DNA of 64,000 nt from Candidatus Binatia bacterium (lineage in GTDB: Bacteria; Desulfobacterota; Binatia; Bin18): assembly GCA_963666315.2 (NCBI GenBank), contig CAXXHG010000024.1, positions 32,001 through 96,000 of the forward strand, given 5' to 3'. A program made the position numbers and the translations under genes. How positions within the stretch are numbered: the first letter of the stretch is position 1; every line of letters begins with the position of its first letter. Of this stretch, positions 1 through 7,730 are shown piece by piece. Below the pieces are notes generated by a model. That model did not search any database and was not told where the DNA came from. It worked only from the letters and a program-made list of their open reading frames with translations.

Positions 1-1213
1 CTCTGTTTTGGCGCGGTGTTCTTTTTCGTGGTACCCTCGTTGTAACTTTTTCGCGATGAATCGTTTGATTTGCCCGTTATAAGGTCTTTGAAGCTTCTTG
101 GGGCATCGTCGCCTTGGACACTGCGCAGATGGTCGAGCTGCGCACGGAGATAGGACTCGGCTGAGGCACGGCTGTTGCCGCTGATCGCCCGTACTGCGTC
201 AAGCGGCTGGTTTTCCACGATTACTTTCTGGGTCATTCACGTGCCCTTCAAATCGTGGAGCCAGAGCCCGACGATGCCTGTTTTTTTCCGGGCCTGGCGG
301 AAGGGCCACTCGACTTTGCTGTATGCGACCGGTTGCCCGGCGGGCGCCAGAAATAGGCGGTTGCTCAGGGATCTTATTTTTTTGCCTTTGCGCGCCTCCC
401 AGAGGGTGAGCAAGGTCTCGGCCGCATATTGGCTCAACGGCACGAGACGCGGCTTTTTGGTTTTGGTGTGGGTGGAGGTGACGCGGATAAGCGCCTGGTC
501 AAAGTCGATGGTCGGTGGCATGGGGTCGTTCCACTCACCTGTTGGCCATTCGAGCTGTATCACCTCGTTGGCCCGCATACCTGTCTGACGTTGCAGGATG
601 AGGGGCGGGCGCGCATAGTCGGCATGGCGTCCAATATCTGGGCGAGCTCTTCTGGTGACGCGATACGCGTCCGCTTGTTGTTCTCTTGCTCTAAATGGAT
701 CACTGGGCGTCGGTCGATCTTCCCGCCTTGTTCGGCCAGGATGAACATGGAGCGTAGGAGTGCCAGCTCCCTGTTCATCCTGGCGATGGAAGGGGGGCGT
801 TTGTGACGTGTGATCTGCTGTCCGCGCCACAGTTTGTATTCTGCGACACGACTCGTTGTGACGTCTTCGAGTCGATCTTCTCCGAAGAAGTCTGTGAGTG
901 ATCGTGCGGAATAATGGTCTCTCCTGATGCTGCGTTTGTTGGCGTGGAGGGTCAGCCAGGTCTGCGCCCACTCTGCAAAGGTCAGGTGGTTGCGCTCCTG
1001 CTCTTGTTGCTCACGGTCGAAGTCGAAGCGCTGGGCATTTTGGACCAAGCGGCGGTCACGTTCCTTGAGCGCGAATCTGAGATTGTCGCCGCAGGGAAAG
1101 CGCCGCCGGACTTGTTTCCAGTCACGGAAGGCCACGTAGTACTGGAGGCGCTGCTTGGCGTCTTGAGTTGTGTATTCCTGGGTCGCGATGTGATGGTGTT
1201 TTTTGCGTGGCAT
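1..1213 (-). pseudogene. Tyrosine recombinase/phage integrase, disrupted by a frameshift (~620) and an in-frame TGA (237-239); runs off the window start
   Basis: N-terminal half in ORF 560-1213 (core-binding-like, 'SIARMNRELALLRSMF'). Catalytic half in ORF 237-971 ('TGMRANE', 'TKTKKPRLVPL', 'LHDLKGT'). Reading past the TGA gives 'MTQKVIVENQPLDAVRAISGNSRASAESYLR', which includes a plausible catalytic Tyr. Confidence 0.85.
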
Positions 1214-1222
1214 GGGCTACTC

Positions 1223-1560
1223 TCACGACAGCAGAGATTTCAGGTCTTCCGCTGGTTCCCACGGCTCTATGAGGATGCTGTCCATGAGCTGTTCGCGCAC
1301 GGGCTTTGAAACATAGCCGTCGACATCCATGCAGCGGACCAAGAGTTCGCTACCATACAGATAGTCGTGTAGCCCATGGTCAAAGGCACCGTCACGGGCA
1401 CGGACACGGTCAAGGTTAAGGTCAAGGGCAACGTCACGGTCACCGGCACGGTCAAAGGCAAGCTCAAGAATATAGAAAAGAGCGAGTAAGCGTGACGCCG
1501 AAGGTGACAGGGGGGTAGCAGGTTTCACGCACTCAGCGGCTTGCTGCCACCTAGGGGACC
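1223..1560 (-). pseudogene. C-terminal fragment of a NACHT-type NTPase (NCH2-like helical domain)
   Basis: 'AFDRAGDRDVALDLNLDRVRA' low-complexity repeat followed by 'DYLYGSELLVRCMDVDGYVSKPVREQLMDSIL', resembling the ends of bacterial NACHT proteins. No NTPase domain upstream. Confidence 0.55.
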
Positions 1561-1654
1561 GCCCTGAGCCAAGACCTATGTTTCTAGAAATCGGGGCTAT
1601 CCCTAAAAGGTAATGAGGACGTATCCCTAGAGGAAGCGTCTTTTTGAAGTCTAC

Positions 1655-1790
1655 CGGCTCCCAAACACGGGATTATGATTCCGAGACAGGGCGATGGACG
1701 GCGAAAGATCCGATTCGGTTTGGTGGGAGTGATATTAATCTCTACGAATATGTCTTCAATGATCCGGTAAATGAAGTAGAGTATAAGCCA
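1655..1790 (+). pseudogene. RHS repeat-associated core remnant
   Basis: '[35 protein letters not shown]' matches the RHS core C-terminal signature. The remainder of the gene is absent. Confidence 0.8.
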
Positions 1791-1804
1791 ACCAACGATT
1801 GTCC

Positions 1805-2644
1805 ATGTCGAGCATCTTTTTTATCTTTTTCATTTGGGTCTCAGCCTGTGCCCTTGCTGGCTGCCTGGAATTCAAGGGCGACCCGCCTGAACTGGGTCAC
1901 TATGCCTATGGCCCCGATCAATCTGTAACAAGGTGTGTCTTAAACGAACGACAGGGCAGGGGTGGCGTGACGAATGACGAGCAATCAGAAAGCGGAATTA
2001 CATTCTCCGTCCGAACGCCGGTCAATTATGACCCCACGCTCTCTCATCCGCTCCTCATGGTATACGCCCCTGCTGGATCGAGCCGTTTTCGCTCCGAGCG
2101 TTTTACTGGTCTGACTTTTGCAGCCACTGCGGCTGGGTTTGTGGTCGCCTACGCGGATGCGCGCCGACTCTCGCTCGACGGTATTCCGGACCTGGGGACT
2201 ATCCCTCAGCTCATTGCAAAAAAATGGTGTATCGATGAAAAGCGCATCTATCTGACTGGCCATTCCGATGGCGGCACGGTTGCGCTTGCTCTCGCGCTCT
2301 TAGACGAGACGCGCCATATCCCGGCTGCTATTGCTCCGAGCGCGGCTGGATTCACGGAGGCGGATTTAGAAACGTTTATGTGTCCAGACGCGCTGCCCGC
2401 TATGATTTTGCACAGTGCCGATGATCAGCTTTTCCCTGGGTACGGAGCGGAAATCGCTTCTTGGTTGGCCGCTTGTAATGGATGTCAGGCGCATCCCGGT
2501 GAAAAGGACGAAAACGGGTGTATGACCTACTCCGGCTGCGAGGAGGGAAGGCAGACTGTGTATTGTGAAGGAACAGGCGCGCATAGTGTATGGCCCACTC
2601 TCGATACCGTACTCCTTTCTTTTTTCGCGGGCAAACCTCAGTAG
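1805..2644 (+). CDS. PHB-depolymerase/LpqC-family alpha/beta-hydrolase, predicted lipoprotein
   Basis: Lipobox 'LAGC'; '[15 protein letters not shown]' nucleophile elbow; 'ILHSADD' Asp region; 'GAHSVWP' His; 'NGC' motif. Confidence 0.8.
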   Translation: MSSIFFIFFIWVSACALAGCLEFKGDPPELGHYAYGPDQSVTRCVLNERQGRGGVTNDEQSESGITFSVRTPVNYDPTLSHPLLMVYAPAGSSRFRSERFTGLTFAATAAGFVVAYADARRLSLDGIPDLGTIPQLIAKKWCIDEKRIYLTGHSDGGTVALALALLDETRHIPAAIAPSAAGFTEADLETFMCPDALPAMILHSADDQLFPGYGAEIASWLAACNGCQAHPGEKDENGCMTYSGCEEGRQTVYCEGTGAHSVWPTLDTVLLSFFAGKPQ

Positions 2645-2676
2645 TGGCGGGGGCAGGGGCACGGCATGCTGCGTAC

Positions 2677-2720
2677 GGGCGGGTGCTGGGCGGGTGCTGG
2701 GTGTGTGCTGGGTGTGTGAG
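2677..2720 (+). repeat. 11-bp G-rich tandem repeat x4
   Basis: GGGCGGGTGCT GGGCGGGTGCT GGGTGTGTGCT GGGTGTGTGAG. Confidence 0.85.
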
Positions 2721-2796
2721 GAGTTGTCTGTATAGCTTCAGCCTGCTATCAGAATGCTGTTTATGTAGCTGATACTGTTGGTGAATGGTTGAAATT

Positions 2797-2862
2797 TCAG
2801 AATTATTCTGAGAATAATTCTCAGAATAATTCTCAGAATAGTTGCTATAATAGTTACTATAG
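2797..2862. promoter_or_regulatory. Overlapping 7-1-7 Fur-box-like palindromes with a 12-bp period
   Basis: TCAGAAT-T-ATTCTGA (2797-2811, perfect), TGAGAAT-A-ATTCTCA (2809-2823, perfect), TCAGAAT-A-ATTCTCA (2821-2835). AT-rich and directly before the ATG at 2863. Confidence 0.55.
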
Positions 2863-3450
2863 ATGAGTAGTGCCAGCCGTATCTTCTTTTCTCTCTTGTT
2901 GCTGACAGTGATTGGTTGCTTAGGCTCCCCTGTCGCGTGGGCGCATCGAGACAGAGGACCGGATGACCCCTGTCGACGGGAAATCGGAACTTCGCTCCTC
3001 CATATCACCGTCTACCAGACCCAGTTTGACCCCGTGGCTGAATATTGTGAAGAAGTCCCACACGCGGGGAAGGCCTTCTTAGTTGTAGATGTGACCCCGG
3101 ATCTGTGGGGGATGCCCATCGGGGTGGAACTCGTTGCGACAAATGAAGTCGGCCAGACGCGTACTATCCTCTCGCTGCCTACACAAGTGTATGAGCGCGG
3201 GGTGGCCAATACGGAAGTGGTTTTGAACCCTGAGGTCAGCTATGAGGTGCGCGTTGTCTTAGAGCTGGGATCCGACCGAGAACCGCAGGAATTTTCATTT
3301 CCCTTTCAGGTTGCAGCATGGTATAAGGCCCTGATCATCCCAGCCCTGATTGTGCTCGGGCTGATCGTTATCATGGCCGTATCCGTAGTTCGGTATAATG
3401 TAGTCTCGCGGCGGGAAGAAGCGCTAGCGGAACAAATGGATGCAGTATAA
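2863..3450 (+). CDS. PmoD/AmoD-family periplasmic copper protein, copy 1
   Basis: Signal peptide AWA|H; 'DPC-x9-HITVYQ...EYCEEVPHAGKAFLVVD' PmoD/AmoD pattern; C-terminal TM anchor. Confidence 0.8.
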   Translation: MSSASRIFFSLLLLTVIGCLGSPVAWAHRDRGPDDPCRREIGTSLLHITVYQTQFDPVAEYCEEVPHAGKAFLVVDVTPDLWGMPIGVELVATNEVGQTRTILSLPTQVYERGVANTEVVLNPEVSYEVRVVLELGSDREPQEFSFPFQVAAWYKALIIPALIVLGLIVIMAVSVVRYNVVSRREEALAEQMDAV

Positions 3451-3513
3451 GGTGATAGCATCACAAAGTGACAACGTCACCAACACAGGCGCGAATATAG
3501 AGGAGGGACACTT

Positions 3514-4362
3514 ATGGCTCAGGCACAAGCTGTGCAAAAGGCACCAAAGGGTTCTGGCGACGGCTCGATGACGAGTGGTAGCCCTGTCAATCCGATGGAC
3601 TGGTCGGTTGGATGGCATCCGTTGTTCTGGGGCTGCGGGCTCATCATGTTAGCCAACGTCTTTTTCTGGTACTGGAATTACGCCTTCATGTTAACGGCTG
3701 GACTCAACTCGGCCAGTCCGGAATTCAGCACGTATTACATGACGCTGTTCTGGGGCGAGCTCATCGTCTTAGGCATCTTTAGTGGCGTATGGTTTGGCTG
3801 GTTGATACGGACCGGCCGTGCCATTCAAGGCCAAGAGTGCTCGCCTGCCGAAGAGGTACGCCGGATCGCAATTTTGTGGAGCCTCATTGGCGCGCTGAGT
3901 CTGTCCGTTTATATGGAAGCGAGCTTCTGGCCCAACTGGGATGGATCTTGGCATCAAACCATGGTGCGGGACACCGCGCTCACGCCGACCCATATTCCGA
4001 TGTTTTATTTCTTCTTCCCCCTGTCGGCCATTCTGGCCATCGGCACCTATGTCTACGGGCGGTATTACATTCCCGCTCTGTACGGTAAAGACAAGGGCTT
4101 TCCGTGGTCGTTCTTCTTGTTGATTAGTGCGTGTGCGCTCGAAGTTATGGGTGTTGCGTTCAACGAATGGGGCCATAGTCTGTGGATCTCGGAGGAGATT
4201 TTCTCCGTGCCCTTTCACTGGCCGTTCGTCATCTATGGCTGGCTTGCCGCCGGCATGTTCGCCGTGTGGGGTGAGACTGCCCTGCGTCTATACGAGGTTG
4301 AGAAGATTGAGGAGGACGCCAATTTAGAATCCTCGCTTGAGCCGAACATGGTCGCTGACTGA
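3514..4362 (+). CDS. pmoC: Copper membrane monooxygenase subunit C (PmoC/AmoC family)
   Basis: 'DGSWHQTMVRDTALTPTH' (CuC Asp/His/His) and 'NEWGHSLWISEEIFSVPFHW' (CuD Asn/His/His); RBS GGAGG. Confidence 0.95.
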   Translation: MAQAQAVQKAPKGSGDGSMTSGSPVNPMDWSVGWHPLFWGCGLIMLANVFFWYWNYAFMLTAGLNSASPEFSTYYMTLFWGELIVLGIFSGVWFGWLIRTGRAIQGQECSPAEEVRRIAILWSLIGALSLSVYMEASFWPNWDGSWHQTMVRDTALTPTHIPMFYFFFPLSAILAIGTYVYGRYYIPALYGKDKGFPWSFFLLISACALEVMGVAFNEWGHSLWISEEIFSVPFHWPFVIYGWLAAGMFAVWGETALRLYEVEKIEEDANLESSLEPNMVAD

Positions 4363-4442
4363 TACTGGTACAGGTTTGCGTTCGATTGAACACGGATAAC
4401 CTCAGATAACCTCGGGGATCCTGGTACAGAGAGGCAGCACGC

Positions 4443-5246
4443 ATGGCGGCAGGCACGACAACGGTAACGGACCTTGCAGACGCAGCCGAACGGCAAAAAC
4501 GGCTCGAACTCAAGGAACTGCTCAACAAAAAATACAAATGGCTAGACTGGAAGTGGGACCTCGTCTTCTGGACCACGGCCATCTTCGTGGTTGCCGGCGC
4601 TGGCGATATTACCAAGCAGTTGTTCGCCGGCGATTGGGACTTCTGGACTGACTGGAAAGATCAGCAGTGGTGGCCGGTTATCACGGCCTTTGCCACCATC
4701 ATCATCCCGTCCGCGCTCCAATACATTCAGTGGGCAGCCTGGCGGTTTCCGACCGGCGCGACCTACACCGCCTGCTGCATGTTTATGGCGGCCTGGGTGG
4801 GGCGTTATTTTCAGTGGGATTTGGCAACCCACTACCCGCTGAACTTTGTGTGGCCCATCTCCTTGGTGTGCGCTGGGATCTTGATGGACTGGACCCTGAT
4901 GAAGACGAAGAGCTTCATCCTGACATCACTCGTTGGCGCGCATGTCTGGGCGATCGCGGTGTGGGCGTATAATTATGTTCCGTTGGCTGCCTTTCTGCAG
5001 CCGGCCCATTTTATGGACCATGTAATCACGATCGCGGATGTCCAAGGAATCGCGTATATCCGGTCACAGACGCCGGAATACCTGCGCATGATCGAGCGCG
5101 GTGCGTTGCGCAGTTTCCTGGGTGAGACCCAGTATGTCTCGCTGGTGTTCGGTGGTACTGTCGCGTTTCTCGGATACTGGGTGGGTCAGTTCATTGGCCG
5201 CTACTTGGCAATTTGGCCGATTCGACGCTACTTGAAAACCTTGTGA
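4443..5246 (+). CDS. pmoA: Copper membrane monooxygenase subunit A (PmoA/AmoA family), divergent
   Basis: 'GDWDFWTDWKDQQWWP', 'RFPTGAT', 'YPLNFVWP', 'YIRSQTPEYLRMIERGALRSF'. Confidence 0.95.
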   Translation: MAAGTTTVTDLADAAERQKRLELKELLNKKYKWLDWKWDLVFWTTAIFVVAGAGDITKQLFAGDWDFWTDWKDQQWWPVITAFATIIIPSALQYIQWAAWRFPTGATYTACCMFMAAWVGRYFQWDLATHYPLNFVWPISLVCAGILMDWTLMKTKSFILTSLVGAHVWAIAVWAYNYVPLAAFLQPAHFMDHVITIADVQGIAYIRSQTPEYLRMIERGALRSFLGETQYVSLVFGGTVAFLGYWVGQFIGRYLAIWPIRRYLKTL

Positions 5247-5253
5247 GACGGCT

Positions 5254-5589
5254 ATGATGAGCGTAGCGAAATCGGTCAGAAATTGCATAGTGCCGTTTGT
5301 GTTCATGTGTATTGCGCCCTCGCTGGCGCATGCGCACGGGATGGACGCGGCGGCGATGGCGCCACCTCTTATTACCTCCGGGCTGCTGGCGTTTGTGTGT
5401 TATTGGTTGGTGATGTTGTGGCCTGCGTCAAAAAGAGAAGGCGCCTGGATGAATGGGTCTGGGGCTGCGCAGCCCTCGGAAAAGTTTCAGACCATACGCA
5501 TTAAGCGCAAGCCGCGCCTGCGTGTCATAGAGACGAGCAGGCAGCGCGAGGACGACCAGCCGGCGACAAGGAGAGCGGCCGATGGCTAG
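5254..5589 (+). CDS. Small single-pass membrane protein between the A and B subunits (unknown family)
   Basis: Starts 8 nt after the pmoA stop and overlaps the pmoB start by 8 nt. Signal-like 'AHA|HGMDAAAM', TM 'LITSGLLAFVCYWLVMLW', basic tail. Confidence 0.75.
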   Translation: MMSVAKSVRNCIVPFVFMCIAPSLAHAHGMDAAAMAPPLITSGLLAFVCYWLVMLWPASKREGAWMNGSGAAQPSEKFQTIRIKRKPRLRVIETSRQREDDQPATRRAADG

Positions 5590-6829
5590 GCGATTCGTCA
5601 TCAGCGTCTGCACGCTGGCTCTTGCCGGACTTATCAGTGTCCCCAGGGTGTTCGCTCATGGTGAAGCCGCTGACGAGCCTTTTCTCAAGAACATGACCAC
5701 GGCGTTTTTCAATGTATCGATTTCTCCCACCGAAATCGAAGTCGGAGAGCCTATTCGCATTACTGGTTCCGTGAAGATCTTGGAGATCTGGCCGCATACC
5801 TTAGATACACCGGAAATGGCCTCCATTATTCCCGTCGTGCCTGGTCCGGTGTTTGTCTTGAGGGAACGGCTGGTCAATGGGCAGGCCTCGATAGGTTCGT
5901 TCTTCGCGCAAAAAGGCGGCATTTATGAGTTCGACATGGAGCTCTTGGGCAAAGAACCCGGAGACTGGCACGTCCATCCCGGTATAGCCATCCAGGGGAC
6001 GGGCACGCTGCTGGGACCAGGTGAATGGGTCCGAGTCAAACCCAGCGCTACGCCGCTTGAATTTCCGGTGACCTTGCTGTCCGGGGAGACGATCGAACTC
6101 AGCACGTATGGCGGTCAATTCGTCTGGTGGTGGTCATTTGCCGGATTCTTGCTCGGTGTCGTCTGGATATTGTACTGGACGCTGAACAAAAGGACGGTGG
6201 CAACCCTTGCCGTAACTATCCAGCTTCCGGTCAATGATGATGCGCCCGACATTGGCTTGATCACCCCGCGTGACCACATGTGGATGAATGTCATTGCCGG
6301 CGTCACCTTGGTGATGCTCGTTGTCGGCTGGACCTATGCCACAACAAATGCACCGGTCCGGTGGCCGCAGCAGACCGACTGGTTTACGCCCCGCTTTATT
6401 TCTTCGGGCGAAAAGATGGCCGAGGTGCATACCAACGGAGCAACCTTTGATGAGGCGTCCGACACCCTGGAAATGAAGCTCCAGGTTACGAATGTGCTAG
6501 ACAGCGAAATCCAGCTCAAGCAACTCATCGTGGCCATGGCGACGTTTGTGAACGGCGGCGAGCAGGAGCAAGCCCAAGCCGGGCCGAGTGATTTCGTTGG
6601 CGCTCTGGAAGTGTCGCCGAATGGAACCGTTGCCCCTGGAGAAACCAAAGATCTCACGTTGACGGTAACGAGCACGCTGTTCAGTCAAGAACGGCTGATA
6701 CCTCAGAACGCCCCGCAGCAATTTCTTGGTGGAGTCCTCCGGTTCGAGAATGCGCAGGGCGAGCATGAATTAGTGACGGTTCGTTCGGGTGTCATATCAA
6801 CACAGTTCCGTTCGACCTACCGCCCGTAA
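5582..6829 (+). CDS. pmoB: Copper membrane monooxygenase subunit B (PmoB/AmoB family)
   Basis: Signal 'VFA|HGEAADEPF' (N-terminal His), 'PGDWHVHP' (CuB His-x-His), 'LLGPGEW', two TM helices, second cupredoxin domain 'VAPGETK'. Confidence 0.95.
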   Translation: MARRFVISVCTLALAGLISVPRVFAHGEAADEPFLKNMTTAFFNVSISPTEIEVGEPIRITGSVKILEIWPHTLDTPEMASIIPVVPGPVFVLRERLVNGQASIGSFFAQKGGIYEFDMELLGKEPGDWHVHPGIAIQGTGTLLGPGEWVRVKPSATPLEFPVTLLSGETIELSTYGGQFVWWWSFAGFLLGVVWILYWTLNKRTVATLAVTIQLPVNDDAPDIGLITPRDHMWMNVIAGVTLVMLVVGWTYATTNAPVRWPQQTDWFTPRFISSGEKMAEVHTNGATFDEASDTLEMKLQVTNVLDSEIQLKQLIVAMATFVNGGEQEQAQAGPSDFVGALEVSPNGTVAPGETKDLTLTVTSTLFSQERLIPQNAPQQFLGGVLRFENAQGEHELVTVRSGVISTQFRSTYRP

Positions 6830-6882
6830 ACGGTCTTGCCGGCAGCCCGACTCCCCCTGTTGGATGGAATCCAGGAATCAAA

Positions 6883-7464
6883 TTGGTGGGCAGTATCTTG
6901 TCAGTGTTCTCTCTCGTCGCTATCTTCCTCGTGCCAATATCGGCCTGGGCGCACGGTGGCGTCGCGATCGACATGGACCCGTGCGTGCAGCGTGCCGGCG
7001 CCTATCTGGTCCATTTTTCTGCGTACCAACCGCAAGTGAATGCAATCGAGGAATTCTGTAGTAGCGTTCCGCAAACGGGCAATGTGATCCTCGTTTTCGA
7101 TCTGATTGATCCCGAACTGCGCAAGAAATCGGCTGCCGTTCGCATTGTTGAAGAGACCGGGGCGGCTGAACCTCGTCTGCTGCTCGATATCCCGCCAAAA
7201 ATCTATCCCAATGGGGTCGTGAATGCTGAGGTTAGGCTTGATACGCCGGGCCGGTATACGGCCATTCTGACGATTGATGATGTCGACGACTCGATCGAAT
7301 TTCCTATCCGCGTGGCGGTGCTCTCGACCACGATGATGGTGCTGATCGGTGGCATCGTGGTCGGCAGTGGTGTGGGCTATTATGCGGTCAGTCGGAAACA
7401 GGGTTGGCCTCCATTCAAAGCAAAAAACGAGTCGTCACTCCGGTTGGTGAAAGGGGAAGGATGA
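6883..7464 (+). CDS. pmoD: PmoD/AmoD(AmoE)-family protein, copy 2
   Basis: 'AWA|HGGVAIDMDPC...VHFSAYQP...EEFCSSVPQTGNVILVFDLID'; C-terminal TM anchor; lies directly after the B subunit. Confidence 0.88.
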   Translation: MVGSILSVFSLVAIFLVPISAWAHGGVAIDMDPCVQRAGAYLVHFSAYQPQVNAIEEFCSSVPQTGNVILVFDLIDPELRKKSAAVRIVEETGAAEPRLLLDIPPKIYPNGVVNAEVRLDTPGRYTAILTIDDVDDSIEFPIRVAVLSTTMMVLIGGIVVGSGVGYYAVSRKQGWPPFKAKNESSLRLVKGEG

Positions 7465-7494
7465 GCGGAAAACGCCCTGCCGGCGGGAGAGGCC

Positions 7495-7520
7495 CCGTTC
7501 GTGCTGAGCTTGTCGAAGCA
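7495..7520. repeat. REP-like half element
   Basis: CCGTTCGTGCTGAGCTTGTCGAAGCA; same family as the paired element at 20721-20806. Confidence 0.7.
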
Positions 7521-7544
7521 GGAACGCGAAGGGATAATGATCAA

Positions 7545-7664
7545 ATGGAAACAATATCGGAGCGCCAAACGAAGCGCGTGGCGGACTATGCGGCAGGCCG
7601 TGCAGATGCTCAAGCAGTTTTGAAGGACCTTGAGATGCTGCAGTTAGAGTTGCTGAAAAACTGA
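7545..7664 (+). CDS. Possible 39-aa peptide
   Basis: 'METISERQTKRVADYAAGRADAQAVLKDLEMLQLELLKN', co-oriented in the cluster with a purine-rich upstream region. No recognised homology. Confidence 0.3.
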   Translation: METISERQTKRVADYAAGRADAQAVLKDLEMLQLELLKN

Positions 7665-7730
7665 GACCACGACTATCCTTTGTCCCTTCCCCCCTTTCCC
7701 TTACGCGTTCCTCACAGTACATGGTGGACG

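Noticed and set aside
237-239. In-frame TGA in the integrase as selenocysteine
   Set aside because: Not a Cys position in tyrosine recombinases, and the gene is also frameshifted; a simple nonsense mutation is more likely.
2657-2672. Sigma54 promoter GGCACGGCATGCTGC
   Set aside because: GG-to-GC spacing is 11 rather than the strict 10 nt.
2400-3008. 202-aa minus-strand ORF with YSEN repeats
   Set aside because: Antisense to two real genes; the repeats merely translate the palindromic 12-mer array.
3514-6829. Calling the enzyme a methane or ammonia monooxygenase
   Set aside because: The sequence is strongly divergent and there is no hao or mxaFI in the window. The pmo symbols denote family only; the substrate cannot be read from the sequence.
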